DNA of 64,000 nt. It comes from Shigella phage ESh24. The notes beneath the pieces were generated by a model that was not told the DNA's origin, ran no database searches, and was given only the letters and a program-made list of their open reading frames with translations. The stretch lies in sequence record ON528734. One strand, written 5' to 3'. Positions 1-12,473 of this stretch are shown here, piece after piece (the first letter of the stretch is position 1; each line of letters starts with the position of its first letter). A program made the translations under genes and the position numbers.

Positions 1-1139
1 AAGTTTTGAACATCATTGTTCAATCTATTAACGGAAGTTTCAACTGTTGAAATTCTATTTAAAAGAGACCCAGGAGGAGAAGGTTGTCCACCGCTAGAAT
101 CAGTTCCAACAATTTGGTTTAGCCATGAAACATTTGCTCGTAGTCCAGATGAAGTGTTTTCACCAACAACTCCATTTAAAAACTCAATTGATGTGGTATT
201 ATCTTTAATTTGACCTTTAATACTAGAAGGAATATCATCTGAGCCAATTGATGTTTCAATGACAGTCAATCGTTGTTTAATACCTCCGCTTTTATTTAGT
301 TCATCATTTAAAGCTGAAATTTCTTGGGTATTAGTGTTAACATCTGTGATTATTGAAGTATTTCCTGGATATCCAATAGAAGTTTTGATAGATTTAATTT
401 CGGAACTAAGATTAATCTGTGATTGATCTAAATTATGCACACGTGAATATATGCTTTCACTAAATGAAGATGGTCTTTGTCCAAGTTCTTGTCTAAGATT
501 TCCGACTTCAATTGTCAGTGAACCTACATCAGATTCAATAAATTTTTCTTCCAAATCACTTAGACGTATTCCTTGGGAAGTTATAGCATCTGTATTATTA
601 ATGATACGGTGCTTCATACCCGTGCTGCTATTTCCTACAACAGGAAGACCATTAATGTCTTGCCCAGCATATTGTCCTAATTCCCTTTTAATCCATAACA
701 AATCATTTCTAATCGTTCTATAAACTGAATTTGCTTGCGAATTAAATGGACCAATGTCAGCAAGAATGCTATCGACAGTATTATTAGTTCCATTTAATAT
801 TTCGGTATGTTCACTCGTAAGCGTTTTAAGATCAGTGATATCCTTTTTATTGATACTTATTTGCGATAAAGCTTCTATATCACCAGATACATCTAAGATA
901 CCCTGAATGGTTTTAATATCTTCCTGGGATGTTTCTAATGCTGTTTTAAGAATTCCTATATTTTCGTCAAGAACCTCAACATTTTTAAACACGGAAACAG
1001 TTGGTCTATTCATTGACCCATCGTTTCCATACTTAGTACTAGCTCCTAATATTTCTTCACCATTTTTAATCCATGAAATACGTTCCTGACCTTCGCCAGG
1101 AACGCTATCAACAAAAGGTAACTCTTTTAATTCAATCAT
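1..1139 (-). CDS. wac: fibritin (whisker/neck protein), N-terminal ~379 aa; 3' end lies beyond the window
   Basis: Minus-strand ORF, ATG at 1137-1139 just downstream of gene 12, open to window edge; translation MIELKELPFVDSVPGEGQERISWIKNGEEILG... matches T4 fibritin N-terminus as I recall it. Confidence 0.85.
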   Translation of the reverse strand, partial: MIELKELPFVDSVPGEGQERISWIKNGEEILGASTKYGNDGSMNRPTVSVFKNVEVLDENIGILKTALETSQEDIKTIQGILDVSGDIEALSQISINKKDITDLKTLTSEHTEILNGTNNTVDSILADIGPFNSQANSVYRTIRNDLLWIKRELGQYAGQDINGLPVVGNSSTGMKHRIINNTDAITSQGIRLSDLEEKFIESDVGSLTIEVGNLRQELGQRPSSFSESIYSRVHNLDQSQINLSSEIKSIKTSIGYPGNTSIITDVNTNTQEISALNDELNKSGGIKQRLTVIETSIGSDDIPSSIKGQIKDNTTSIEFLNGVVGENTSSGLRANVSWLNQIVGTDSSGGQPSPPGSLLNRISTVETSVNRLNNDVQN

Positions 1140-1148
1140 TTGTAATCC

Positions 1149-2705
1149 TTAGTAATGAATTTTAATAATATAGTTTAATGATATATTCCATGGTCTAGTT
1201 TCATAACCAATTAATCCTTCACGGTTTAACGTGCCAAACGAGTCACGAGCGCCACCCATTTCAAATCCGTCGTTAGTAAAGAACAAATGGTTGTCCCAGT
1301 CGGCGCTTCTACCATTGCCTAAATATCCACTACCATTAGATGCGCCAAACGGTGCATAACCTCTGTTATTTCCATTTTCCCCCCAGGCACCAGCATGTTT
1401 ATGGTATGACATTTGTTGTGCCTGAACACCGCCAACATGCATTCCGTCACATCCTACACCAAGTCTATCCTTCCCATAACCATCTTGTCCGCGTTGATTT
1501 AAAATATGACTGCCTGTGCCAGCTCCTCTAACAAAAAGACCTCGCATATCAGGAATACCAGGATTATTCCAATCACCACCAAATCTTGTTCCAACTGTGT
1601 TTCTATAATCAGGAAATTGGGCACCTGAGATGGTTCCACCATGACACATAATCCAACCTGGAGGCGCTGAATCACCCGCAAACATCATAATAGTTCCAAC
1701 CGGAACCCTTTCGGACGCATATCTTTCAGTGGCAACAGGTTGATCGCCATTTTTCCACATTCCGCCGCGCGACCAAATTCCGTTTGCTGTAAGATGGTCT
1801 AAATTTAAAGAACCATTAATAGTTTGTCCACCACGAGTATTAATTACATCTGCGTTCCATGCTAATGCTCCAGAACTATCACCTTCAGGGGCAATACCAG
1901 CTTGCGTCGTTAATTTTACTACCCCACGCATAGAACCGGTAGCTCCTCGACCATTTAGTGTTTCACCTGTTACTGCAACATCCCCCAAATTATTATTAAT
2001 TTCTGCTTGTGTTCCTAGACGTATAACACCCTTATATTCTTGTGTTGCAACAGAATTCATAAAGGTATACGGGGAAATTGCATATCCTTCACGGAGAGTT
2101 CCTTGACGAGTTTGCGCAACAGTAGATAATTGAACTACACCTCTCACAGATTCTGATGCAGTATCTTCGGAAGGAGCTATTTGTGAAATTAATTTTATTG
2201 CAAGTTTTTGCGTTTTTAATGGAGTCATTGCCGTAGTATCATCTACTCCAGCTAAAGCTGCAGGTGTAGATGATATTTTAATAACCCCATTTGATGACTC
2301 AGACGAATATCTATTTTGGAACACATCGTCAGTATGGTATTTCAGTTTTTGCGGCGTTATTGATGAATTATTATCTGAGCCTTCTAATGTTTCTTCATTT
2401 GTTGAATAGCGCGTTAAACCATACTTAGTTTCAGTAGCATTTGGATACAATAATCTTGTTGCTAATGTAGCTGGTGTAACGATTTTAGAATTATTAGTTC
2501 CATCTAAAACCTCTTGCTCTGACGCAATCATTGCTATTCCTTTAACTTCCATAGTTGCATCAGGAATACCATTTACGCCGATATTACTTATTTTTGATAA
2601 TGCAGACTGCACTGTCGTGACAGTGTCAGGAAAATTCGATCCTACTGGATCGAATTTAACATATTTTGATTCATTTGATACGTGCTGATATGTATTGTTA
2701 CTCAT
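1149..2705 (-). CDS. 12: short tail fiber protein
   Basis: 518-aa minus ORF; Gly-rich C-terminal receptor-binding region; position between 11 and wac as in T4 (T4 gp12 is 527 aa). Confidence 0.9.
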   Translation of the reverse strand: MSNNTYQHVSNESKYVKFDPVGSNFPDTVTTVQSALSKISNIGVNGIPDATMEVKGIAMIASEQEVLDGTNNSKIVTPATLATRLLYPNATETKYGLTRYSTNEETLEGSDNNSSITPQKLKYHTDDVFQNRYSSESSNGVIKISSTPAALAGVDDTTAMTPLKTQKLAIKLISQIAPSEDTASESVRGVVQLSTVAQTRQGTLREGYAISPYTFMNSVATQEYKGVIRLGTQAEINNNLGDVAVTGETLNGRGATGSMRGVVKLTTQAGIAPEGDSSGALAWNADVINTRGGQTINGSLNLDHLTANGIWSRGGMWKNGDQPVATERYASERVPVGTIMMFAGDSAPPGWIMCHGGTISGAQFPDYRNTVGTRFGGDWNNPGIPDMRGLFVRGAGTGSHILNQRGQDGYGKDRLGVGCDGMHVGGVQAQQMSYHKHAGAWGENGNNRGYAPFGASNGSGYLGNGRSADWDNHLFFTNDGFEMGGARDSFGTLNREGLIGYETRPWNISLNYIIKIHY

Positions 2706-3361
2706 GCTATTCTCTCAAAATAATAAAATACCGTAGGTTGTGTGTGACTATCTAGCGTAACAGTTTGCGCACCTAATAATTGCCAAGTTCCGTATCCAGG
2801 TTTAGAAGGAGAAATTATTTCTTGTTTGAAAGTAATTCCTTTATCAGAGTATTGTTCTAAGATATGTTCTTGGTTATCTAAATACTTAACTTGTATTTTA
2901 TTTCCTATGGTAGGATGGTCTTCAAATGAATCAATTGCAATAAATTTTGCAACCATTTCCTGCAGAGCTGTTCTAACGGCACTGGTAAATTCGATTGAAG
3001 TCATTCCATTAGTAGCTTTAACAGGAATGCCAAACATATTAACAATAACTGGGTCACCTGGTTTGGCTGAAGTATCAGTAACAGTTCCTTCAAATGACCA
3101 ATAGTCTGTTTGCTGCACGCCAGTAGGAGATACGCCACTTATATTAACTAATACAGCTCCAACCTGTTGCTCTGCCATATTTCTAACATCATTGATAGCA
3201 GATTCTACATTTGGGTCATAAAAACCTTTTGCTATTTGTGAAATTGTTACAGCGCCTACTGGCTGATTATTCATAACCGAAATATCATTTTTCTTAGTTC
3301 TAAAACCAAGAAAATCTGCTAAGCGGGAAATAACTCCCGCTTTATTATTAAGTAAACTCAT
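2702..3361 (-). CDS. 11: baseplate wedge / short tail fiber attachment protein
   Basis: Start set at [20 protein letters not shown] (219 aa, as T4 gp11); start ATG overlaps gene 10 stop (TAATG); six-frame ORF extends 6 codons upstream. Confidence 0.85.
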   Translation of the reverse strand: MSLLNNKAGVISRLADFLGFRTKKNDISVMNNQPVGAVTISQIAKGFYDPNVESAINDVRNMAEQQVGAVLVNISGVSPTGVQQTDYWSFEGTVTDTSAKPGDPVIVNMFGIPVKATNGMTSIEFTSAVRTALQEMVAKFIAIDSFEDHPTIGNKIQVKYLDNQEHILEQYSDKGITFKQEIISPSKPGYGTWQLLGAQTVTLDSHTQPTVFYYFERIA

Positions 3362-5166
3362 TATGCAATCCTTATCCAACGGTATACAGTAATAGACGGT
3401 TGAATATTACTAATATTAGCAGGAGGAGTATGTGAAGAGTTTGTTGTTGCATAATCTTCACGATATTTTGTATATATAGGACCAGTTTCATCTGGGTCAT
3501 ATTGGCAACCTCCAATAATAACCGATCCATTTTCGTCTTCAATTAAAACTCTTTCGTCGGTTTTAGTCGCAGGAAGATTTGCGTTTTCAAGTGTCACCGT
3601 TGTTGTTCCAACCGTTCCACCGGCAGTATGTGAAGGATTTCCGCTAGAATCTAAATCATTATTGTTTAAAGCAAAGTTTGGATCCGTAACATCATCATTC
3701 CATCCTACTAAAACTTGTCCTTTACCAAATAATTTCCATGAACCAAATCCCATATAAGTCACCGGATTATTTGGGTTTATAGCATTTTCATAAATTGAAC
3801 CAACAGGATAAATGCTGTCGAAAATAGATGATATTGAATTATACGTTCTAGTATAAGAATCAACTTTTTCAACATTTGGCCAACCGATTTTATCAAAATC
3901 TGTTAAGGCCACATCACCAGTAACTTCAGTAGATGATCCTTTACTAACATAACGGTCATCAGTCAATTCAATGATGTCATCTTTTTCTAAAAGAGTTCCT
4001 AAATCATTATTGAACCATGTTATAACGATTATATCACCTGATTCAAATTTTCTATCAAATAAAAGACTGATCGGTTTTCCATCTTCATATTCTATAGAAT
4101 AATCTGTGTTTGATTCTTTCCATTCACCGCCAAGAGATATACATCCTTCTTGCGTATCTGAATTAGCGCCTTCACATAAAAACAGAGGATATCCGGCTGT
4201 TCCAGCTTGTTGTTGTAAAATTCCATTAAAACGAACTTCAAGAGAGTTAGGATTAATAGGTTCACCAGGAATTAATCCAAAGGCAGAAAATGGAATTGAT
4301 TTCATCGTCGATAAATTAGTAACATAAATGCTTCCTTCTAAAGAAGTCTTTGATGTTAATTTTGAATCTAATACTTTTATTTGACGTCTTGTATATGAAC
4401 TTCTCCACTGCGATACACCATCCATAAATGTTTCAATTTGAACAGTGTCACCAACATTACAAGGCTGTCTTAATCTAATATTAAATCCATCAAGAGGAAT
4501 CAATTCTCCTTCATTTTCCCCAGGAGAGCCAAAGTCACTGTTTTCGCTAAATACATCACCGTAATACAATTCGTTACCACGATGTTTTACTCTGATGTTG
4601 TTGACATTATAACTAGTTCCATTAAAAACATCTAAAAAGTCTGTTTGTCCTTGAACTTCGACTAAAAATTCTTTACGAGCTACATTGCTAATGTCTGAAC
4701 TAATAATTTTGTCAATTTGTTTATTTTTGACATATTCCCAACGACCCGGAGCGCAATAAACTAGCTCTAAATCACTAAATTGAACGTTAATTTCAACCGA
4801 TGACGATGATCCTTTGATAGTATCACCAGAAGCGGCTACTAAAGTAACTGGATTAACATTCCATGTTGCAAATACATCCCTAGCTCTAATTACTTTATTA
4901 TAATCATTAACAGTTCCTTTAGGAAGTTGCAGTGTTACTCTTCCAGACGAAGTATTAATAGCGTATGATTTTCCCCATTCAGCTTTTAACGTTTGCCCAG
5001 ATGAAGCATTATAAGTTTTCCAGGCACCGGCTGAATATGGAACATTACCATCACCAAGTTCATAATAAAGCTCATCAAAGTTTTCATTTATTTTTATACC
5101 ACCTTTACGCAGGTAGTCACCGGTACCATCATCTACAACATTACCGATATTAATATTTTGTTTCAT
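3361..5166 (-). CDS. 10: baseplate wedge protein
   Basis: 601-aa minus ORF; size and synteny match T4 gp10 (602 aa). Confidence 0.9.
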   Translation of the reverse strand: MKQNINIGNVVDDGTGDYLRKGGIKINENFDELYYELGDGNVPYSAGAWKTYNASSGQTLKAEWGKSYAINTSSGRVTLQLPKGTVNDYNKVIRARDVFATWNVNPVTLVAASGDTIKGSSSSVEINVQFSDLELVYCAPGRWEYVKNKQIDKIISSDISNVARKEFLVEVQGQTDFLDVFNGTSYNVNNIRVKHRGNELYYGDVFSENSDFGSPGENEGELIPLDGFNIRLRQPCNVGDTVQIETFMDGVSQWRSSYTRRQIKVLDSKLTSKTSLEGSIYVTNLSTMKSIPFSAFGLIPGEPINPNSLEVRFNGILQQQAGTAGYPLFLCEGANSDTQEGCISLGGEWKESNTDYSIEYEDGKPISLLFDRKFESGDIIVITWFNNDLGTLLEKDDIIELTDDRYVSKGSSTEVTGDVALTDFDKIGWPNVEKVDSYTRTYNSISSIFDSIYPVGSIYENAINPNNPVTYMGFGSWKLFGKGQVLVGWNDDVTDPNFALNNNDLDSSGNPSHTAGGTVGTTTVTLENANLPATKTDERVLIEDENGSVIIGGCQYDPDETGPIYTKYREDYATTNSSHTPPANISNIQPSITVYRWIRIA

Positions 5167-6032
5167 TATTGAGCCACCCCGATTTTCTGCGTAGCGATAA
5201 CTTTAACTGCTGCTCTCATACCGACAGTTGAAGAACTTATAGTCGCCGTTACATAATTTTCTTTAATACTAAATGCAATATTAGCGATTTCGTCTTCTTC
5301 GGTTTCATTCCCAACTCGCATGACAGCATATTCAGAAGAAATGACCTCTGAATTAACAGTATCCACAAGAATATTTATTTCTGCTGTTTTAATTTTTCTT
5401 CCATCTACCGATTGGCACGTAACTAGTAATTTAGCCATATTGTATTCAGTACGATGAAATAGTGGAATATCAACTGATCCAGATGTAGAAATATTCCATG
5501 TACCTTCAGCTGGTGATTCCTTTTGTCCAAACATGCTTTCAATAGAATAATTCCAAACCGATGTAGAATTATCAGATGAAATACAGCGTAAAGTAACTTT
5601 ACTATATGGAGTAGTTACTACTAAATTACCTGAAACACCTTTAATTGAATCAATAGCCTGAATCGTTAAAGGATTAGTAACTGATATTGATCCATTAGAG
5701 TTAATGAATTCAACACAATCGCCAAGTTCTCCTCTTTCAATAATAACTTTAACACCTACAGTAGAGGTATCAATATCATGTCTAGTACCAACTTTCACCG
5801 GAGTTGCGTACTCTGTGATAGAATGCTTTTGATAATATCCAGTAGCATGGATAATTTGGCCGTCAGCACCAGTGCCATTTGCTACTGCCATTTTACGCTG
5901 ATCGCCAAACGCATTATAAATTGCATTAAAATCACTATTAATTTTATTACCACCGTCGAATAAGATATCACCAGTAGAAGCGTTACCAATTTCGCCGGTA
6001 TCAATCAATTTCTTTGGTTCTTGAATGAACAT
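5166..6032 (-). CDS. 9: baseplate wedge protein, long tail fiber socket
   Basis: 288-aa minus ORF, same length as T4 gp9; synteny. Confidence 0.9.
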   Translation of the reverse strand: MFIQEPKKLIDTGEIGNASTGDILFDGGNKINSDFNAIYNAFGDQRKMAVANGTGADGQIIHATGYYQKHSITEYATPVKVGTRHDIDTSTVGVKVIIERGELGDCVEFINSNGSISVTNPLTIQAIDSIKGVSGNLVVTTPYSKVTLRCISSDNSTSVWNYSIESMFGQKESPAEGTWNISTSGSVDIPLFHRTEYNMAKLLVTCQSVDGRKIKTAEINILVDTVNSEVISSEYAVMRVGNETEEDEIANIAFSIKENYVTATISSSTVGMRAAVKVIATQKIGVAQ

Positions 6033-6056
6033 AGCGGTTTCCTTATGAGTTTATAG

Positions 6057-6064
6057 TATTTATA
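6057..6064 (-). promoter_or_regulatory. late promoter TATAAATA for gene 9
   Basis: Plus-strand tatttata is TATAAATA on the minus strand, ~25 nt upstream of gene 9 start. Confidence 0.6.
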
Positions 6065-6073
6065 AAGAAAAAA

Positions 6074-6096
6074 GGGAGCCCATGGGCTCCCTTAAT
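6074..6096 (-). terminator. intrinsic terminator hairpin after gene 8
   Basis: gggagcc-catg-ggctccc stem-loop followed by a T-run on the minus strand. Confidence 0.6.
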
Positions 6097-7101
6097 TTAA
6101 AATGTAAACAGAATATTGATTTCTTCTGTTTGATCCATTGCCATGATAATGGGTGGCCTATTTTCCATATAAATCATTTCGCCCGAATGCCTCATTAAAT
6201 CTTCCGGATCATAGTAATCCTTTTCAGCTTTAACGTTTGGGTCATTTGGATGAACTTTAGCTTCAAGAGGATTCGTGATTATCGATATTTGTCTAAATCC
6301 TTTATTTCCTGGCAATGCAGCTTCAGGAAAATAAACTGAATCTAAATATGCTTTAAAACGGATAGTATTTGCCTTAACACGGTAAATTAATCCAAAATCG
6401 TCTTGTTGCCAAGTGAGATTATCTTCATACCCCCATCTAGTCGGGTCTTCTTTTAATTCCTCAGGCCAAGGAACTACGATATATTCATTCGTGCATCTGT
6501 TTATAGATACATCAGGCGGAATCTCAAAAAGATATTCCCATACATACCCATCTCCAGGTTCGATTGTTCCTTCAGCATCTCCTCGACCTTCAGGAGGAGT
6601 CATTGATCTAGCAGAAGGAGTCCATTTTCCACCTAACTTAAGGCATTCATCCTTATCAGTTAAAGATGCGATTGAACACATTCCGGTATCAGGAACATCT
6701 AAACAACGATATACTAACCAGCCTGCGCCTGATTCAGTAGCGTTGTAAGGAGCTGAGTTACACACTACAATATCGTTAATTCTAAATGTGTATGGATCCG
6801 GATATCTAGTATCTCCCCAATCTCTGCGAGGAATAACTGCATCAAGCATAGATGGAAGAACCTTCACGGTTCCCATCATATGAGTCCACATGTCAGTTAC
6901 ACCTAATACAGAATCGGTAGGATAAGGCGGGGCAAAGCCCGCCTCATTTTCATTTGATGACCACGGTTCTGATCTTCCAAATGTGATAAAGATAGTGTTT
7001 TTATCCGGACCACTTCCAATTGAATTATAAAAATTCAACATTTTTTCTGTTCTAAATTTTGAAGTAACTATCGCACGATAGATAACACTTGAATCATTCA
7101 T
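6097..7101 (-). CDS. 8: baseplate wedge protein
   Basis: 334-aa minus ORF, same length as T4 gp8; synteny. Confidence 0.9.
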   Translation of the reverse strand: MNDSSVIYRAIVTSKFRTEKMLNFYNSIGSGPDKNTIFITFGRSEPWSSNENEAGFAPPYPTDSVLGVTDMWTHMMGTVKVLPSMLDAVIPRRDWGDTRYPDPYTFRINDIVVCNSAPYNATESGAGWLVYRCLDVPDTGMCSIASLTDKDECLKLGGKWTPSARSMTPPEGRGDAEGTIEPGDGYVWEYLFEIPPDVSINRCTNEYIVVPWPEELKEDPTRWGYEDNLTWQQDDFGLIYRVKANTIRFKAYLDSVYFPEAALPGNKGFRQISIITNPLEAKVHPNDPNVKAEKDYYDPEDLMRHSGEMIYMENRPPIIMAMDQTEEINILFTF

Positions 7102-10100
7102 CTATTTTAACCTGTGTTGGATTTTCAGGGTCTCTTGGATTTCCTATATTATCTTTTAGACGTTTATTAACTAAATCTCTAAATTGCGCAAATGTTGTTC
7201 CAGATGCATCAAATAAAGGACTCATTAATTTACGTCGTTCAGATGGCAATTGACCTTGAAATATTGAATTATTATTTTCAGCATTATAGTCATCAGGAAG
7301 AGGATATTTTACACCAGCCATTGGGCCAGGCTCATAAATTGCTTCGCCTGTTACCGAATCATGCTCAATTTCACCAGTTGGAGTCAATTTAGCTACTCTA
7401 TCAGCATATTCAGTAGGCAATCCAGAATCCCATTTATAGTTTTTGTATTTATTAATTATAGTCTCTGTATGTTTAAGAGTTAAACCAACATTAATAAACA
7501 TTGTTAAAAGGGTAATTGCTATAAATCCAAATCCTACTGGATGAACAAAACGAATAACGTCAGATTTCCAGCGGGAAGAAGGTAAATTGGATTTAATTTT
7601 CATTACATAATATGATCTACTTCTATTAATATAGTCTATATTATTTTGAAGCAAGTCCTTTCCTTTAACCCCACGAATAATTTCGCCTTCAAAACTAGGA
7701 AGTCTTTCTGCTTTAACTTCTTGACCAGCAATTAATCGTCCCAAAAGATTATGAATAGTTACGGTCCATTGCAATTTACCATTAGAATAGCTTCTTTCTA
7801 TATAAGTAACATTACATCTTCCTGTAGCTGTATAAATCGTTTGTCCTACTAAGTCTTCAGTCAAAGAATCAGATTGAACGATTATATCATATTCAGTACC
7901 AGCCCCAGATTCAATTTCAATTTCAACCTCTTCATTATAAAGAACTTTAAAAAGAAATTTGTATGATGCTTCAATTCCTTTAGTAGAATAAAAATCATAG
8001 CTACGCGATTCGAAAAATCTTGCAACAGCATCACGTTTGTCAGCATTTAAATAAATGTTTCTTTTATATATCTCTGACCACAAATATTCCCACGCATGCT
8101 CTTCTCGTGGATATTTGTTACGAATTAAATTTCGTAAATTATTATACTGAGTTCCATATCCATCAGAAAGATACTGAATATATGCTTCGCAAAATGCCTC
8201 AAAATTCGAATCCTGTAACAAATAAGAATCAGGCATCATTGTGCCAATCAATGGTCTTAAATCAGGATCAGCTAATCCATGCTCTTCTTCCGGGGACCAA
8301 GGAGTTTCACGCTCTTGGTTTTGTAAAAATGCTTTTAAAAATATTCCAGTTGGCTTCCAAATTATTTCAACCGTGTCTCTCACCCGATAGTTAAAATCAT
8401 AGTAAGAAATTATTTCACCAGAAGACTTATAAAAAAGCATCCCAGATGCGTATTTTTTAAATCCCGTGAATTTAACATTTGGCATTACTATAGTACAATC
8501 GCCATCATCCCAGTATTCATGAACTAATCTATCTGGTGATGTTTCCGGAATATTTTCTATAACTTTAGTGTATTTTAAATCAGCATAAACTACTACAGCT
8601 CTATCAGAGTTGTTTATCCAACAGCGTGTGTTAGATTTTTTAGACCAGTTAAAGAATGGTTCTGCATAGTATTTCATCGGCTGAGGCGTAAAAGTTTCCC
8701 AATCAGATTTTTCATCTGCTATAAATGCCATCATATGATAATGCTTATCAGCTAACCATTCACGAGGAAATTCATATTTGACAGCACCAATTAACTGATA
8801 TTTTGCTGCAGTTTCAGGGTCATTAACAACATTATCACTTAAAAATTTAAAATTACTCGAAGACAGAGAAACTAATTTACCGTCAGTTGACATATTCGCA
8901 TATCCGGGTTGAATACGTCTTCTTTCTTCTTCGGTATTACCAAAAACTCTTTTCCACGTTTTTGTGTCATGATTTAAAACATATATTCCTTTATCAGCAG
9001 AATCAATTATTTTTGAAGTTCTCGGATTGGCATTTAATGTTTCAACTTCACCAATAATAAGAGCAAAAACTTTATCACCGATAGAATCCATTTTATAGCA
9101 TACTGCTTTAGGATTTCCGGTTATAGTCATTGTATCGGGCTCAAAAAGTCTTTCCGAATATGTTGGAGATAATGGATCAGAATCTATAGGTGCATTACTC
9201 GTTTTTATGTATCTAACTTTGTCTCTGGCGACAACGTAAATGTAATCATCGGTGCAAGTAATAGCTTCTGCAATGCGGTATACATTAGCTGGTAAAGTCG
9301 CATAAGTGGCAAAAATTTCTACATCAAATCCTAGATGCAATTGGTCACCAAGTTTAGCGAATGTTATATCCTGTGAACTAAATCTGACATCATCAGCTGA
9401 CCATCTAACATCAGTAGATTTACGGCCGTAGAAAATCTTGTCGTATCCTAGAACGTATGTTGTGTTTGCAGATTGGTAATATACTGTCTTAGATAAAGGA
9501 TATCCTACACGGTCATTGAAGAGCTTTACAGCTTTCCAAGTTTGTCCTTTATCATTGGATACTTTAACTACAGGTTGATAGCGCTCAAAAAGATATAGAA
9601 TTCCTTCTGATTCCATCAAATAAACACGGTTAATATCCTTACATACTTGCTGAATAGAACCTTGTATTTCATGATACTCATTTTCACCAATAATAAAATT
9701 ACTTATTGATGAAACATCAACATATGATGGGCTGAATTGGAACGATTCATTCATCAATGCAGCCATTATAGTGTCATTATTAAAATTGACATAATTAGAA
9801 TTGTTAAGAGTAAATTTTTCCTGAATGAATTTATTGGCTAATTGCATTTCAATCATGTTTTGAAATGTGTAAGCATTCGTAGCAAAAGTTTCAAACTCTT
9901 CTGTATAAACCCAATCAGATTGCTCAAAATCTTGTGCAGCTGTAGCTACTCTAATGATGTATGATGTTAGTGGATCAGCATCATCAAAAAAGAAACTATT
10001 ATTTGCTGTATATCCTAAATTAATCCAACGATATTGATCGCTCGGGAGATTTTCCCCCGAGTCTGTTTTTGTCTCAGCGATTTCTACAAAATAGTAGAAA

Positions 10101-10192
10101 TTAGCACCAACGTCATCCCAGCGTACTTGCACCTGATTTGCGGATAACTTGGAAATTCTGAGACTAGTGACTGAAGGTGCTTTTACTGTCAT
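7094..10192 (-). CDS. 7: baseplate wedge initiator protein
   Basis: 1032-aa minus ORF, same length as T4 gp7; synteny. Confidence 0.9.
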   Translation of the reverse strand: MTVKAPSVTSLRISKLSANQVQVRWDDVGANFYYFVEIAETKTDSGENLPSDQYRWINLGYTANNSFFFDDADPLTSYIIRVATAAQDFEQSDWVYTEEFETFATNAYTFQNMIEMQLANKFIQEKFTLNNSNYVNFNNDTIMAALMNESFQFSPSYVDVSSISNFIIGENEYHEIQGSIQQVCKDINRVYLMESEGILYLFERYQPVVKVSNDKGQTWKAVKLFNDRVGYPLSKTVYYQSANTTYVLGYDKIFYGRKSTDVRWSADDVRFSSQDITFAKLGDQLHLGFDVEIFATYATLPANVYRIAEAITCTDDYIYVVARDKVRYIKTSNAPIDSDPLSPTYSERLFEPDTMTITGNPKAVCYKMDSIGDKVFALIIGEVETLNANPRTSKIIDSADKGIYVLNHDTKTWKRVFGNTEEERRRIQPGYANMSTDGKLVSLSSSNFKFLSDNVVNDPETAAKYQLIGAVKYEFPREWLADKHYHMMAFIADEKSDWETFTPQPMKYYAEPFFNWSKKSNTRCWINNSDRAVVVYADLKYTKVIENIPETSPDRLVHEYWDDGDCTIVMPNVKFTGFKKYASGMLFYKSSGEIISYYDFNYRVRDTVEIIWKPTGIFLKAFLQNQERETPWSPEEEHGLADPDLRPLIGTMMPDSYLLQDSNFEAFCEAYIQYLSDGYGTQYNNLRNLIRNKYPREEHAWEYLWSEIYKRNIYLNADKRDAVARFFESRSYDFYSTKGIEASYKFLFKVLYNEEVEIEIESGAGTEYDIIVQSDSLTEDLVGQTIYTATGRCNVTYIERSYSNGKLQWTVTIHNLLGRLIAGQEVKAERLPSFEGEIIRGVKGKDLLQNNIDYINRSRSYYVMKIKSNLPSSRWKSDVIRFVHPVGFGFIAITLLTMFINVGLTLKHTETIINKYKNYKWDSGLPTEYADRVAKLTPTGEIEHDSVTGEAIYEPGPMAGVKYPLPDDYNAENNNSIFQGQLPSERRKLMSPLFDASGTTFAQFRDLVNKRLKDNIGNPRDPENPTQVKIDE

Positions 10193-12171
10193 TGTGATAT
10201 AGGCTCCAAATCGATAGTTAAGTATTGCGGACGTAAATCATTTTCAAATACAATCAGTGAACCATCACGGGTAAAGATAACATCATCGGTTGGGTCAGAA
10301 TATAATTCAATAGTCTGAACCTCAAATTTTTCAGATGTTAAATTAATTTTAGCGATATTCCAATAAATCATGTCAGCTGGATAATTTATTTCACCGATAA
10401 CATAGTATTTGTCGCGTCCATCAGAATTTGCTAATTTGTTAAAATCGTTGCCTGTATACGGCTGAATGTTTTCATTTTCTGTAACATCGCCAGAAGCAAA
10501 TGGACCAATAATAACTTTACCAATTCCTTTAGAATCTCGGTCTGTTGATACTATACGAACGTCATATAATACATCTTCTTCTAAACCAGTATCAGGATTT
10601 ACAACCTTTCGTCCAGAATTAAATGAAAACGTATTAGATTCCATAGAACGATCTTTTATTTGATTATTGTATTTAATACCTGCTTCAGGCGTTTTATAGA
10701 AGTTTTGTACTTCACGAACAATTTGAATAGTCGCTGATGAACCAATGATAGAATGATCTGCATCATCTACGTAAGTTAACATCTTAGACTTGGCAAAAGA
10801 TGAGTTAAAAATTTCTACATCTTCGATATAATAGCGATCAATTTTATCAATTATTTGACCTTCAAGCCACTGTTCGGATTCTTGCAGCTTATTTAAAGCA
10901 TATGTGACTTTTAAATTAGTCTTAATAAAAAGATAATTAGGAGAAATAATTGATGGCGTAATAGGAGCTAAATTATAGTCTTTGAGATAATTTTTAATAT
11001 CTTCACGTTGTACAGTAGTTAAATACAGACCTGATTTAGGTTTAGCAGCAATAAATGCATACCCAGGTTTAGTAGAATCAGTGAAAGTTTGAACTGCCTG
11101 AATAATAGAACCGAATCTCTCTGAAACGAATGTATCATAGTCAGTCGCAGTTACGCAGCGTTGCTGGGTTTCGCGTTTAATAGTACCCAATTCGCGAATA
11201 CGCTCAATATCTTCTGGATCGCCACCGCCATCTGCCCCAACAAAATCTGGGTCATCATTTGGATTTTCGTTAATATTGATGACAGTTATATTTGTTAATG
11301 TATCTGCGTATGAAAATCCGACTGCACCATTCGCATCTGCACCGTTAGTACTGATATACTCAATAACAATCGTAGAGTTCTGAGTAGGTTTAAGACCTCC
11401 AATATAATTAGCAGTCAATGCTCCTTCTGCCGCATTAACGGAAATCTCACCTTCACCAAAATAAAATTCAGTATTTCCATCAATAGTTTCACGCATGTAG
11501 TAAATTGTTGATGTAGAACCAGCATGAACCATTGACTTTCTTGTCCAGTTAATCCATTCTGCTCCATCAACGTATAGTTTAACTTGGTTTCTATCTATGT
11601 TTTTGTCATAAATGATAATAGGTGTTAATTTATCATAAATGATTTCAGTTCTTACTATACGTCCTTGAGCTAATTTTAATCGTGGAAAATATTGGTTATT
11701 TTTATCACGAATAGCAATAACATCTTCGGTAGATACAAAGTTATATGGATTAACAGAAGTATCTTTTGCATATGCTAAAAAGCGAGTACCGCGAGGAATA
11801 GTAATGTAATTCCTATTCAATGCGTCGGTGCATGTTAACATAATTTCAGTTTGAGCAGCTGATTTTGAAGTAGGTAAATATCCGTTATCTTGCGCAGCTT
11901 GAACAACTGAACTTCGTAAGTTAGCAGTACGCATAAAGCTTTCATACACAGCAGCATTACCAAACTGCTGAATGTACAGCGTATTATAAGCTAAAAGGTC
12001 GCACAGAACGTTTAATCTTGATCCTTCAAAATCATAATCCAAAAATTCATTTTGGCCATTAAGCCATTCAATGAGGTTTTGTTTTATTTCAGCAAATGTA
12101 CCCCCGACGAATATCTCGGGAATAGCATTTGCTGTTCTTGTTAATTGATAATTTACAGGGGTATTTGCCAT
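10189..12171 (-). CDS. 6: baseplate wedge protein
   Basis: 660-aa minus ORF, same length as T4 gp6; synteny. Confidence 0.9.
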   Translation of the reverse strand: MANTPVNYQLTRTANAIPEIFVGGTFAEIKQNLIEWLNGQNEFLDYDFEGSRLNVLCDLLAYNTLYIQQFGNAAVYESFMRTANLRSSVVQAAQDNGYLPTSKSAAQTEIMLTCTDALNRNYITIPRGTRFLAYAKDTSVNPYNFVSTEDVIAIRDKNNQYFPRLKLAQGRIVRTEIIYDKLTPIIIYDKNIDRNQVKLYVDGAEWINWTRKSMVHAGSTSTIYYMRETIDGNTEFYFGEGEISVNAAEGALTANYIGGLKPTQNSTIVIEYISTNGADANGAVGFSYADTLTNITVININENPNDDPDFVGADGGGDPEDIERIRELGTIKRETQQRCVTATDYDTFVSERFGSIIQAVQTFTDSTKPGYAFIAAKPKSGLYLTTVQREDIKNYLKDYNLAPITPSIISPNYLFIKTNLKVTYALNKLQESEQWLEGQIIDKIDRYYIEDVEIFNSSFAKSKMLTYVDDADHSIIGSSATIQIVREVQNFYKTPEAGIKYNNQIKDRSMESNTFSFNSGRKVVNPDTGLEEDVLYDVRIVSTDRDSKGIGKVIIGPFASGDVTENENIQPYTGNDFNKLANSDGRDKYYVIGEINYPADMIYWNIAKINLTSEKFEVQTIELYSDPTDDVIFTRDGSLIVFENDLRPQYLTIDLEPISQ

Positions 12172-12179
12172 TTTAAATC

Positions 12180-12473
12180 CTATTTAATGAATACTTTAGA
12201 TGATGCCTGAGCCACAGTATCACCGCATGATATTGGATCAGCCATTTGAACAGCTTTCTTTCCTGTGACATATACCTTAGAAGTTCTAGGTTGTGTCACT
12301 CCGCCATGTGTTTCATATGGCTTTTTAATTTCTGTATGTTCTGTAATTGGATCGCCTGCTATTAGAACAGCAATTCCTCCAGTGAATACTTTACTTTGTG
12401 TGGCATTCACAGCTGTTGGAGGCCAAGCTTCATGGCCAGCAGTAACACACTTATCATAACTTAATCCTGACAT
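12180..12473 (-). CDS. 5.4: PAAR-repeat spike tip protein
   Basis: 97-aa ORF with Gly/Thr-rich PAAR-like sequence (…[10 protein letters not shown]…GDPITEH…); same size and position as T4 gp5.4. Confidence 0.8.
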   Translation of the reverse strand: MSGLSYDKCVTAGHEAWPPTAVNATQSKVFTGGIAVLIAGDPITEHTEIKKPYETHGGVTQPRTSKVYVTGKKAVQMADPISCGDTVAQASSKVFIK